64,000 nucleotides of DNA from Octopus vulgaris (GCA_951406725.2 OX597818.1:110546001-110610000); one strand, 5' to 3'. Positions 1-12,053 are shown, numbered from the stretch's first letter. A program made the numbers and translations. The notes: generated from the letters alone by a model not told the origin.

Positions 1-273
1 GTTTCCAAAGTGTATGTTGCGATCGTGTTGTCGCTTATGTAAACTTGAACAGTGAGAGTGTAGATGTAGGGGGTAGATGTGTCATGTACGTTGGATATAG
101 AGGATGAGGGTGGTGGTTTGATGATGAATGGATAGAAATAGAGGTGAGCGAAGGACAGGTGTTGATTAAGCGTGAATTAATGTCATGAAACGCCTAAAAA
201 TGTAAATGCCATCATAAAAGAGAGTCGTATGTAAGTGAAATACTAACGTGTTCGAAAATGATGAAACGTAATC

Positions 274-1715
274 CTATAAAACCTCCTTCTACACAATGTT
301 TTTTGTTTTTCGTTGTGGAACGAATGCGAAAGCATCACTGTTGCTGCCGACACGCGAGCAGGCAACATAAAGCTGACGATGAGAGAAACATGGCTCTCCC
401 AAATGTATTCCCGCCACAGACAGTGTTTGACCCTGCGCTTTGTTAATTGACATTGCGAAACATGGCCTTACTGGGAACTGGGACCTCCGAAATATGAAAG
501 GTAGGTCTGCTCCTGATGGGAAAAGATGCATCATAGGTATGAGCACAACGTTGCCTCGACCGCTCCCTGTGATAATGGTGGCCTCAATCAGATTGGGAGA
601 TAAGGACTTAACGATCAAACGTGTGCCATTGCATTGTTTTTGGGGAACCAAATTTCTAATGAGCATTATAGGGGTACCAACTTTAAGTTTGAGAATGTGT
701 GGTCGTAGTCCGGGGGGCTCAAAGGAATTGAGTACCTCTATTGGATAGCTGATGACGTCCTCTGGGTCAGGAGTTGTATCGATAGACTTATATACATAGA
801 CATCCCCAGGAATGAGTTCTAGCATTTGACCATTAATATGGTGAACAGTTTTATTCCTCGGGGCCAGAATAGCTCTTTGGCCAATCTAATCCATATTCTG
901 ATAATTAGCTTGTAGATCTGGGAACACTGCATCTCTGAGATCAGAAGGCGTTTTAACAATGGTACAAATGGAATCGATGGCAATATTACCATTTTCATCC
1001 CCTGGTATTTTGCCTTCGCCAAGTGCAAGGAGGGTGTGAGAAAATGCTGCTGATGTGATATCACGTCGCATATGAGCACGCATATTGGTGTGAAGTTTGA
1101 GAGTCTTCACCAGTGGCCACAATGTGGATGACTTAAGACACGCACTTACTGCATCAGCTGTAGTCCCTTTGGGAATAACGGGAAGTGTTTGTCGGAAGTC
1201 CCCTGAAAGAAGAAGTGTTATGCCTCCCATGGGAGCTGAAGAGTGTTTGATGTCTCTGAGAGATCTATCTAGTGCCTCAAGAGCACGTCTGTGGGTCATC
1301 GTGCATTAATCTCAAACGATAAGCTTGCATCGTCTGAAGACTTCTGCCTGATCGGAGCTGTTACTGATGTTGCAAGTTGGTGTCTCAGTCTTCGCTAAGT
1401 CAAGCGGGAGCTTGAAAGTGGAGTGAGCTGTCCTGCCGCCTGGCAACAAAGTAACCGCAATTCCAGATGATGCCACAGCTAGGGCAATGCCTTGTGTTCG
1501 CCTAATCTCAGCCAATATTAATTTGTTGACAAAAGTTTTCCCAGTGCCCCCAGGAGCGTCCAGGAAAAAAATCACCCCAGCTTTGGCCCGGACTGAATTA
1601 ACAACGGAGTTGTAAGCGAACTTCTGTTCTGGAAGGAGCTTTGGTTCATTGTCGGCTATGTACTCGGCAAGCTCGTCAACATTAAAACATGTCTCACGCA
1701 GCAAATATGAAGACA
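274..1715 (-). pseudogene. Helitron Rep/Hel C-terminal PIF1-like helicase remnant (5' truncated, in-frame stops)
   Basis: ORFs 1312..1809, 886..1299 and 289..825 share one frame. They carry PIF1/Helitron motifs DAPGGTGKTF (Walker A), VASSGIA, KLIV*D*C (Walker B, WDEC), GDFRQTLPV, LAPRN, LKLKVGTPIMLIRN, FAMSINKAQGQTL, QLYVACSRV and terminal TKNIV*KEVL*. Confidence 0.95.
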
Positions 1716-1729
1716 GAGTGTTTGTGCCT

Positions 1730-1815
1730 ACACATGCCAAGTCACCACACAGTGGGACTGAACCCAGGACCATGTGTTTGGAACGTAGTTTGTTACCACA
1801 CAGCCACACCTGCTC
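1730..1815 (-). mobile_element. SINE family A tRNA-like head fragment
   Basis: Reverse complement of the head of the 10263 copy (gtggctgtgtggtaa...ggttcagtcccact); abuts the truncated Helitron. Confidence 0.8.
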
Positions 1816-3135
1816 CTATGTATGTGTGTGTGTGCGTATGTGTGTATGGGTAGATATATTATGCATGTATATATGTGTATATATATATATGTGTACATAT
1901 TACATGTACATCTATATATATACATCTACACATAAAATACAAAATACAAAGTTATATCTTGATATCGCTAGTGATAACAATACTCAAAATATATAAGAGA
2001 CTGGAATTGCAGGCCTGTCTCTTGCAATTTCGATCAATTGGATCTTGTCCTCCCTCTTGTATAGAAGTGTACGGCTGCAGCGAAATTCATTGTTGGAGTT
2101 TCTTCTATCGAAGGCATTTCAACAAAAATGCTTCCGTAAAGACGGTGAAAATATTGTCAATTTCCCCAAACAGGGACACAATTCAATTTTGAAACAATAA
2201 CCAAAGCCCCTTCTCCGAAAGTTAGGGGGGGTTACGGTCGGTTTACAATTAGTTAACAAATGCAACACAGCAACGTTTCCCTGACGAGGAACCAACAAAC
2301 GTGATTACAATAGTCAAACAGTAATAATAATAACAACAAACCTTTTTAATTTATCCCCATTTATGTGAAAGCACTTATTCAAGTTCAAGTCATTGATGCA
2401 ATATTATACGAATTGCTAATACACACACACACACACACACACATAATAAGGGTGAAAATTTGAATATTAATTTGATTAACATGAATTGAAAACCAGTGGT
2501 GTAGCATATAAGACCATAGCAGATCTTCCTCTAGCAAAAAGGATGACCAGTATTAATGGCTCATCCCTGTTATATAAATAGTTTCACTTTAATAGTTTCA
2601 CACTTGCAAAGAGAAAGTAGGAGAAAATATGGTGGTAATAGCAGGAGTAAACCACTTGAAATGAGAGAGGCAAATCGTAAAATATTGAGTTTTCTCGAAT
2701 TTTTGCTTAATTGGGGGTCAAACTGAAAAAACTTTACATGCCATGACCCAATCGAATCTACTTGGAAAAATCATAGGTAAATTCCAATTGAAGAAATTCT
2801 TTATTGTAGAATTGTATTAAAAAGAAACATGGGAACAGGCAGAGAAAATCTGCCTTTTATCATAAGAGATATATTAAGAACAATCTTACTTAGAAATGGA
2901 TGCGTGCGTTCCGTCATATAATAAATTAATAAATAAATAAAACATATGCATATATACACACATATATGTACGTACGTACCTCCACATGTATATATACATG
3001 CATACATGGGTACAGGGCACCAAAAAAATGTCGAGCACAATGAGAAACGAAAACATAAACACAAAATCAAGGAAATGGACATTTTTTTAAACAACGAAAA
3101 AAAGAGAGAACAGGACATACAACACAAGGAAAATT

Positions 3136-3196
3136 CCCTTTCTTCAGTCGCCTTTGTTTCATCTACTCCACGTTTCGACGGTCAAGGCGATACATG
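3136..3196 (-). ncRNA. Putative non-circularly permuted hammerhead ribozyme
   Basis: Minus strand reads catGTA tcgcctt g accgtc GAAACgtg ... aaggcga CTGAAGA aaggg. Stem III catgt/acgtg, stem I tcgcctt/aaggcga; stem II is weak in this copy. Confidence 0.6.
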
Positions 3197-4146
3197 ACTT
3201 AAATGAAACAATCCTTCCCGCGAAAATCAAATTAAATAAAATTTGAGATTTTTTTGCGGAGGGGTAAAAATGGTAACAAAAGCAAGACAGAAACGACAGT
3301 ACAAAATATAAACAGTAAAAGACAGGACAAGGGCAATAACAGTAACACAAACAAGAAGGGCTGTTAAGCCGAACGAGATAAAAAATTTTACGAACGCTAT
3401 TTTTTGAGAACGGTGAGGGAGCAACAGAAAGTGCCGTCTCTACTTGAAGGTAGCCAGGACAGAAAGACAGTAGCAGATTTCTCGTCGCGGGTCAACGACG
3501 GGAGGGAGGAGGAGGAGTAAGAGAAAGGGAGAGAAAAAAAGGGAATAGTTGTAGAGAAAAGAATGAAGAATGAGAGAGAGAGAGGGAGAGGCAGTAAGGT
3601 AGAAGAAAAGGAAAGCCAAAAGAATGAAGGCTGAGAAAGGGAGGAGACAGAGAGGTTAAGAGTGCGCATCATTATTAATATTAAGAACAATCTTACTTAG
3701 AAATGGATGCGTGCGTTCCGTTATATAATAAATTAATAAATATATAAAACATATGCATATATACACACATATATGTACTACCTACCTCCACATGTATATA
3801 TACATGCATACATGGGTACAGGACACCAAAAAAACGTCAAACACAATGAGAAACGAAAACATAAACACAAAACCAAGGAAATGGACATTTTTCTTAAACA
3901 ACGGAAAAAAAAGAGAGTACAGGACATACAACACAAGGAAAATTCCCCTTCTTCAGTCGCCTTTGTAAAAAAATTCATCGCGTTCGGCTTAACAGCTCTT
4001 CTTGTTTGTGTTACTGTTATTCTCCTTGTTCTATCTTTTACTATTTATATTTTGTACTGTCGTTACTGTCCATTTTTATCCCTCCGCAAAAAAATCTCAA
4101 ATCTTATTTAATTTGATTTTCGCGGGCAGGATTGTTTCATTAAAGT

Positions 4147-4207
4147 CATGTATCGCCTTGACCTTCGAAACTTGGAGTAGATGAAACAAAGGAGACTGAA
4201 GAAGGGG
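4147..4207 (+). ncRNA. Putative non-circularly permuted hammerhead ribozyme (inverted copy)
   Basis: catGTA tcgccttg accttc GAAACttg ... aaggaga CTGAAGA agggg, with one mismatch each in stems I and III. Confidence 0.55.
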
Positions 4208-4440
4208 AATTTTCCTTGTGTTGTATGTCCTGTACTCTCTTTTTTTTTCGTTGTTTAAAAAAATGTCCATTTCCTTGGTTTTGTGTTTATGTTTTCGTTT
4301 CTCATTGTGTTCGACGTTTTTTTTGGGTGTCCTGTACCCATGTATGCATTTATATATACATATGGAGGTAGGTACGTACATATATGTGTGTATATATGCA
4401 TATGTTTTATTTATTTATTAATTTATAAATATATATATAT

Positions 4441-5072
4441 AAATTTCGGTAAGTGGTGAAGCAATTTTTGTAGAACCCTAATTATAATTATTATTATTAT
4501 AATTATAGAATTTTTGTATAAGGTTACCAATAATGATTCTTTTAACATACCGAGTTACTTGGTAAAATTATTAATTATTAATTGATTAATTAACTTTACA
4601 CTTTATTATTATTGATAATATAATTCACTCCCTGATAGCAAACTGCAGTTTCTGCGGAATTACTCGTGGCACTCGTGGGTGATTGAGGAGGAGTGCGAGG
4701 TCTCATTCGTCTGTTTGAATTCGGAAGTACTGGTTTTTGGAGATAAGCTGTTCGATGGCGCATGGTCGAATACGTATGTTAATTATTAGTGCTCTCGAAT
4801 TTAAAATTGAAATACTATACTGACGACGGGAATAAGTGAGTAAAAATATGATTTTACATCTCTTTAACTCAGAAACGCGTATATAGTTAATCAAAGCCGG
4901 GTGGATTCGTTTTTTTCCCTATTTACCTACGTGTGTTGAGAGTATTACTGTCTGACGATATCTTATGGTAGTGGAATAGTATTTAACTGTTATTTCTAAA
5001 TTTCGGTGCGTGGTGAAGCAATTTTTGCTGAACCCTAGTTATAATTATGCTTATAATTATAGAATTTTTGTA
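4441..5072 (+). mobile_element. Retrozyme-like non-coding element with terminal direct repeat
   Basis: About 75 bp direct repeat (aaatttcggt..gtggtgaagcaatttttg...gaatttttgtata) at 4441-4520 and 4998-5072. It is bounded by (TA)n and contains an internal hammerhead. Confidence 0.7.
4814..4887 (+). ncRNA. Minimal type I hammerhead ribozyme
   Basis: actata CTGACGA [long stem II with gtaaaa/ttttac] GAAAC gc GTA tatagt. Perfect 6-bp stem I, palindromic ACGCGT stem III, GUA cleavage triplet. Confidence 0.8.
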
Positions 5073-5082
5073 TATATATATA

Positions 5083-5141
<59 letters not shown>

Positions 5142-5177
5142 TTGTATGTATGTATTTATCTATGTATATGTATATGG

Positions 5178-6078
5178 TACGTTGTCTGACCGCATGAACT
5201 TTGTTTTCATGCGGTTCATCTTCAGACCTACTGCAGCACTTTTGATGTCGAGCTCCGTCAGCATGGTCTGAAGCTGATCCATGTTTTCGGCGATGAGTAC
5301 GATGTCGTCAGCGAAACGGAGGTGAGTGAGGAGCTCGCCATTGATGTTGACACCACCTTGCCATTCGATGCCTCTGATGATCTGTTCGAGACATGCAGTG
5401 AAAAGTTTTGGGGAGATTGTATCTCCTTGCTTCACTCCCTTCCCGAATGGTGATCGGCAGTGATGAAATAGAGGAGGTGAGAGAATATGTCTACCTGGGA
5501 CATGAAGTAAATATGTGCCGGGATATCAAAAAGGAGATCTCACGGAGAGTAAGGGCCGGATGGAAGGCGTTCAATGGCATAAGGGATGTGCTCAAGGGAA
5601 GGTTGGACAGGACCACCCGCGCCAACCTCATTAACAGTGCAGTTCTGCTTGCAATGTTATATGGTAGTGAAACATGGGCTACCACAAAGAGAGAAGAGTA
5701 AAGACTGGTAACGGCTCAAAGAGCCATGGATAGGTCAAAGCTTGGTATCTCGTTGAGAGAGCACATAAATAACAAGATCATCAGAAAGAAGTCCAGCGTG
5801 AGAGATGTCATCGCAGAGTATACTCGCAGCAAGTATAGATGGGCTGGACACGTCGCCCGGCTCACCGATAATCGGTGGACGCACGCAGTTACCGAGTGGT
5901 ACCCGCGTGAGCGGAAAAGACCACCCGGAAGACCTCCACGACGGTGGAGTGACGATTTCAAGAGGACGATTGGGATCACGTGGATGAGAAAGGCGCGATC
6001 CAGAGAGGAGGGGACAGCGTGCTGTGACCAGCGGTGTCAAATGGACGCCTGACGGACTGGTCGGTCAAAGTGAAAGTG
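5178..6078. mobile_element. RTE-clade LINE, 5'-truncated with 5' inversion
   Basis: 5178-5444 minus encodes RT core (KQGDTISPKLF...HLRFADDIVL...GLKMNRMKTK). 5445-6052 plus continues the RT C-terminus (EYVYLG...RWAGHVAR...RPPGRPPRRWSDD). 3' tail aaagtgaaagtga; 12-bp TSD atatgtatatgg at 5166-5177 and 6079-6090. Confidence 0.93.
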
Positions 6079-6088
6079 ATATGTATAT

Positions 6089-6145
<57 letters not shown>

Positions 6146-7176
6146 TGTATAATATGTGACAATTATTCGGTTACCATAATAAAACTCCGAGTTTCAGATG
6201 TCGGGGCGGAAATCTTCTCCGGCAACTCTTCACATTATCGAGACAATCAAAATATACTATATATACACATACATACATACATACATACATACATACATAC
6301 ATACATACATACATTGAACTATATATATATGCCTGGTTAAGGTAGCTTTCTGTGTATAATTGTCAACAATTTCTGTTTGTGTATTATATGCGTATGTATT
6401 GGCTGCAATCATGTGTGCGTATGTGTGTGCGCGCGTGTGTGTGCGTGTGAGTATGTGTGCGCGCGCACATTTTGTCCATGTGTGTTTCTTTGGCTGTGTC
6501 TGTATCTGTAACTCTTTACGACATGATTCATACGAAATTATCGATTGGTCTTGTGAACTGTCAGACCTAACCTTCTTCCCTCCTCGAAGTTGGGGTCAAG
6601 TTTATAGTCTCTTCAGTCCACTTATAGACTCACGCCACACGTTAGCCAAAGCTCCGTCACCACAAGCCAGCTAGTTAACCCCTACGCGTTTATTGAAGCT
6701 GCTAGATATAAGAGTCGAAATTTCCTCAAACATTAGGTTACTGTCTAAAAATACGGAATGGTGCGTAACATGGATGTGTCTACAAAAAAGAAAGTAAAGT
6801 TGGGGATGGTCATAATGGGAACGCCTTCGGTCACGGGACTGCTTTTACCCAGGTAGATCTATGATCAACAACAACAACCACACCTGCTGGTGTAGTTGTT
6901 GACCAATTATGCTGGTCATTAAATTCCGTCGAATGAAAGACGATAAAATTGAATCGTGGACGGAGAAGGAAAGAGGGATGGAGTACGAGAGAGGACGAGG
7001 GAAGACGTCGGTATTGATAAAGTGGGGCGGAGAATGAGATCTTTCAATATTGGTCACTATGGAGTGGTGTGATGAGGAAGTTGGCGTTCCGAGAGATGTT
7101 TAGCCTCGGGTCAAACCTGACTCAGCAAAAGGCCTTCTGGACACGTTCCTGTTGTGGTTGGTATTATATATATTCT

Positions 7177-7492
7177 TTTAATCTTTTACTTGTTTCAGTC
7201 ATTTGACTGCGGCCATGCTGGAGCACCGCCTTTAGTCGAGCAAATCGACCCCTCCCCCCAGGACTTATTCTGTGTAAGCCTGGTACTTATTCTATCGGTC
7301 TCTTTTGCTGAACCGCTAAGGTGCGGGGACTAAAACACACCAACCTCGCTTGTCAACCGGTGGTAGGAGACAAACCCAGAAATACAAACATCTACACATA
7401 CATACATATCTATCTATATGTATGTGTGTGTGTGTGTATGTGTGTGTGTGTGTGTTTGTGTGTGTGTGCATGCATGCATGCATGTACGTATT

Positions 7493-7533
<41 letters not shown>

Positions 7534-7627
7534 GACAGGCTTCTTTCAGTTTACATCTACCAAATCCAGACATGGCTTTGGTCAGCCCGAGGCTATAGTG
7601 CAAGACACTTGCGCAAAGGGCCACGCA
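7177..7627 (-). mobile_element. SINE family A (head truncated)
   Basis: Reverse complement of the 10263-10704 copy, with internal (TG)/(TA) tract. Confidence 0.85.
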
Positions 7628-8207
7628 TACGTATATGCATACATGCATGCTAGTATACATACATATATACATACATAAATAAATATATACCTACGAACAT
7701 ATACAAACACATACATAAATTCATGCATTCATATATAAATCCTACACACATATACATACATATATCCATAAATATATGTATATACACACAAACGTACATA
7801 TACATACACACATACGTACATACATTTATATATACACACACACAGATACACACACACAAACACATGCCAAGCCTATAAGAAGGTAGGTAAAGAGATCGGC
7901 AGCGGCGACTAATCGATAGAACAGATCGGCCACTCTTCAGAATTGAAGTCGACAAGTGTGTGTGTATGATTAAAGAAAGCGAAATGTCATTGCACGGACG
8001 GACCTCTGCTTACATATCTGTATGTATGTATGTATGTATGTATGTATGTATGTATGTATGTATGTATGTATGTATGTATGTATGTATGCATATATATTAT
8101 GTATGTATGTGTCTACGTATGTATGGATATATGCATGTATGTGTATGTATGTACGTACGTATGTATGTATGTAATATGAGTGTATGTATATTTACCATTT
8201 CTTATCT

Positions 8208-8209
8208 GC

Positions 8210-8249
<40 letters not shown>

Positions 8250-8307
8250 GTAGGTAGGTAGATAGATAGGTAGATAGAGAGGCAGACAGACAGACAGACA
8301 TACAGGC

Positions 8308-8397
<90 letters not shown>

Positions 8398-8410
8398 CTA
8401 GCTAGCTAGC

Positions 8411-8473
<63 letters not shown>
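8208..8473. repeat. (ATAG)n microsatellite
   Basis: Long tetranucleotide array. Confidence 0.95.
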
Positions 8474-8474
<1 letters not shown>

Positions 8475-9015
8475 AAATGGAATGAACGACTTTCTTTATT
8501 CAAAATCACTACGATTCTTTCGACAATTTGTCACGTGAGGAGATGTTGCGAAAGAACTTTACATTTTGATTCTAATTGTATTGACTTTTGATGATAATTG
8601 TTTTTTAATTGATCTGTGGATTTAGTTTTGTCTGTAAACTGCTGAAAATGACACATCCCTCTGGGTATGCATTCTCACTTTGCGTGAAATGACAATGGGT
8701 CATAACCAAGGACTTTATTGAAACAATCACCTGAGGAGACGATATTTTACATTTTCCAGGGACGATAATGATTACAAAACATCTCACCGATGTACTACAG
8801 GTGTAAAAATATGTCGAAAGAATTGTAATGATTTTAAAGAAAAGATACCGTTCCTTCCATTTTCTATCATTTATCTAGTTATATAAACTAGATAAATTCT
8901 GTTGTATATCCAGTAGCAGGAATCATTTCCACTGTTTAATGACATCAGGTAGCCAATAGCTGTGGATGGATGAGCTTTGCATAGCATTCTTCAAGGTTTT
9001 TACCAGAATCTGATT

Positions 9016-9053
<38 letters not shown>

Positions 9054-9064
9054 AGTGTGTGATG

Positions 9065-9550
9065 AATAAAAATATATGCATACATACAAATATATATGTA
9101 CGTACCTACATCTACATGTGTATATACATGCATATATAAATAATTATACGTGAGTACAGGATACCACAACAAGACGTAGAAACGGGAAAAACAAAAAAAC
9201 AGTTACAGGACGTGCTACACAAGGAAAAAACCCCCGTCATCAGCTGTCGCTAGTAAACTCAAGCATGTTTAGAAGGCAAGACAGAACACTAATCCACTAG
9301 GCGTTCCTGTGAGAGAATTAAAATAAAATTCCAAGCAGCGGGGCAAAATGAGTACGAACACGAACAGGACGTAAGAATAAAATTGCAAAAATAAAAATAC
9401 ATGTACAAAAAATACAAATAAATACAAAACGAGAAAATAAAAAGAGAATACGATACGGGAAATCAAACACACAAGAGGACGAACGAAAAAGCCTTTTTTC
9501 TAGCATAGACGGAAGATACTGTGGCAGCGCGTGGAAGGCAGTCTTTTCAC
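9065..9550 (-). mobile_element. Diverged member of the 2869-4430 element family
   Basis: Shares gtacgtacctacatc...tatatacatgcat...gtacagga..cacaaggaaaa with the 2940/3750 copies; flanked by (TA)n. Confidence 0.65.
9231..9290 (-). ncRNA. Putative permuted hammerhead ribozyme (G12 mutated)
   Basis: Minus strand reads agtGTT ctgtc ttg ccttc TAAACat ... gacag CTGATGA c ggggg; stem I ctgtc/gacag. Confidence 0.45.
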
Positions 9551-9567
9551 AAATATATATATGTACA

Positions 9568-9763
<196 letters not shown>

Positions 9764-10262
9764 AATACCTCTACGATATTTTGCATATTTTCACATTTAA
9801 ATTTTAATGAGTCGTAATCTCTACGATATTTTGCATATTTTCACATTTAAATTTTAATGAGTGTAATTTTGTGCTTTCTTAATTAGCTGTGTCCTTTTGT
9901 GTTTTGTGGAGCCCACTTTCTCAAGAACTCTGTCGAGACAATTAGGCACAGTTACAATTCGCCAATAATTACATATATAAATCTAAAGCTGTCGTTTTGA
10001 TGGAAGAATTTTAGATTTCTCATTAGCTCGGCGCAGCTTTTGAAAATCTTTCCGTTTTCCTTTTTCCTTATCTGAAGCATTATATTAACATTTCCTCCGG
10101 AACTGGCATTCTTCTACGTTTTATTCTTTCCGTTTATGTCTGTTTATGATTGGTGTGTTTTGCTTAAATTCTGCCGAGTTATAAAAGGATCATTCCATTA
10201 GTATTCGCTACTGCTCTGAATAATTATACTTCACATATTTCCACAGTTTTTAATATATTTTT

Positions 10263-10447
10263 GGCAGGAGTGGCTATGTGGTAGGTAGCTTGCTTACCAA
10301 CCACATGGTTCCGGGTTCAGTCCCACTGCGTGGCACCTTGGGCAAGTGTCTTCTACAGTAGCCTCGGGCCGACCAAAGCCTTGTAAGTGAATTTGGTAGA
10401 CGGAAACTGAAAGAAGCCCGTCATATATATGAATATATTTATATATA

Positions 10448-10497
<50 letters not shown>

Positions 10498-10704
10498 GGT
10501 GTGTGTGTGTGTGTATATGTTTGTGTGTCTGTGCCCCCCCCCACATCGCTTGACAACCGATGGTGGTGTGTTTACGTCCCCGTAACCTAGCGTTTCGGCA
10601 TAAGAGACCGACAGAATAAGTCCTGAGGGCGATGTGCTCGACTAAAGGCGGTACTCCAGCATGGCTGCAGTCAAATGACTGAAACAAGTAAAAGAGTAAA
10701 GAGT
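10263..10704 (+). mobile_element. SINE family A, near full length (tRNA-derived, internal TA/TG microsatellite)
   Basis: A-box-like tggctatgtgg and B-box-like gggttcagtcc; body gcctcgggccgaccaaagcc...gaaactgaaagaagccc; 3' end gcagtcaaatgactgaaacaagtaaaagag. Confidence 0.9.
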
Positions 10705-10965
10705 AATCGGGAATGTCCTTTCTTTAGATTGCGTTGGATAACGTTTGGGTCCCGACACCATATCCATCCGGATCGTGATGGCATTTTCGGACAACTACTT
10801 ACGATTCTGCCATACGCCAGAGAACAGGGGTGAAGGGGGTGCAGTCACATTGCTTAAACTTGCAATGAAAACGCTTTGAAAGTCTTCATTGGCTAAACAA
10901 ACGAACAGAGAAACGTTTTTGGAATCATCTGGAACTTTACTTTACCATTATTAGATTTACTTCAA

Positions 10966-11360
10966 GGCGGCGAGCTGGCAGAAACGTTAGCACACCGGGC
11001 GAAATGCATAGCCGTATTTCGTCTGCCGTTACATTCTGAGTTCAAATTCCGCCGAGGTCGACTTTGCCTTTCATCCTTTCGGGGTCGATTACATAAGTAC
11101 TAGTTACGCACTGGGGTCCATATAATCGACTTAATCCATTTGTCTGTCCTTGTTCGTCCCCTCGCTGTTTAGCTCCTTGTGGGTAGTAAAGAAATTGGTA
11201 TTTCGTTTGTCTCACGTTTTGAGTTCAAATTCCGCCGAGAGAAACTTTGCCTTTCATCCTTTCGGGATTGATAGATTAAGTAACAGTTGCGTATTGGGGT
11301 CGATTTAATCGACAGGCCCCTTATCCATATATTTCGGATCTTGTGCCTAGAGTAGAAAAG
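10966..11360 (+). mobile_element. SINE family B, tandem dimer
   Basis: ggcggcgagctggcagaa...gagttcaaattcc...gcctttcatcctttcggggtcgat (resembles the Meta/MESC-type SINE core). Core repeated twice; TSD attattagattta. Confidence 0.9.
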
Positions 11361-11389
11361 ATTATTAGATTTATCTGATTTCATTGATG

Positions 11390-11702
11390 TCTATCTGTCT
11401 ATCCGCTCAGTCGAAGTCGACTCTCGGTCACTCGTTGGATCAGTGTCCTCCAGTCAGTTCTATCCTGGGCCGCTTCTTTCAGATTGGCTATGTCCATTCC
11501 GGTATCCCTCTTGATGATGTCAAGCCAGCGGGTTCTTGGTCGGCCTCTTCTTCTCTTGCCACTGACCATTCCGAGCATGATGTCCTTCGCCAGGGATTTT
11601 CTCCGCACAATATGACCGAAATATGCCAATCTATGTTTGGTGATCCTAGCTTCTAGCGACATTTTCGGCCTGATCTGCTTAAAAACTTCTCCATTGGTGT
11701 AC
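11390..11702 (-). mobile_element. RTE/BovB-like LINE 3' fragment
   Basis: SLEARITKHRLAYFGHIVRR...MLGMVSGKRRRGRPRTRWLD...AQDRTDWRTLIQRVTESRLRL is a typical RTE/BovB RT C-terminus. Confidence 0.88.
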
Positions 11703-11705
11703 AAA

Positions 11706-11778
<73 letters not shown>

Positions 11779-11806
11779 ATTTTTGTTATTGTTATTGTTG
11801 TTATTA

Positions 11807-11858
<52 letters not shown>

Positions 11859-11921
11859 CATTATCGTTATCATTATCATCATTATCATTATTATTATTAT
11901 TACTATTGTTGTTGTTGTTGT
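11706..11921. repeat. (TTA)n/(TTG)n microsatellite
   Basis: Trinucleotide arrays. Confidence 0.95.
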
Positions 11922-12022
11922 CTTTTTACTTTTAATCTGCATCTTTGTTACATATAAATGTGTGTGTATATATATATACACACACACACATACACACATA
12001 CATACATACATACATACATACA

Positions 12023-12053
<31 letters not shown>

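Larger units (their letters stand above)
2869..4430. mobile_element. Non-coding Penelope/retrozyme-like element: partial tandem repeat plus inverted copy
   Basis: 2871-3157 is directly repeated at 3678-3966 (period about 807 bp). 3966-4430 is an inverted copy of about 2920-3392. No long ORF; contains hammerhead-core motifs. Confidence 0.75.

Noticed and set aside
1715-1809. N-terminus of ORF 1312..1809
   Set aside because: It reads through a SINE head and is not part of the helicase.
1990-2300. Hammerhead-like pieces (minus-strand gatc-GAAA-ttgca..tgcaat near 2005-2045; CTGACGAG at 2281)
   Set aside because: Each lacks either the CUGANGA box or a pairable stem I, so no complete core could be assembled.
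10263-10335. tRNA genes
   Set aside because: tRNA-like A/B boxes occur only as SINE heads continuing into SINE bodies; I found no complete cloverleaf.
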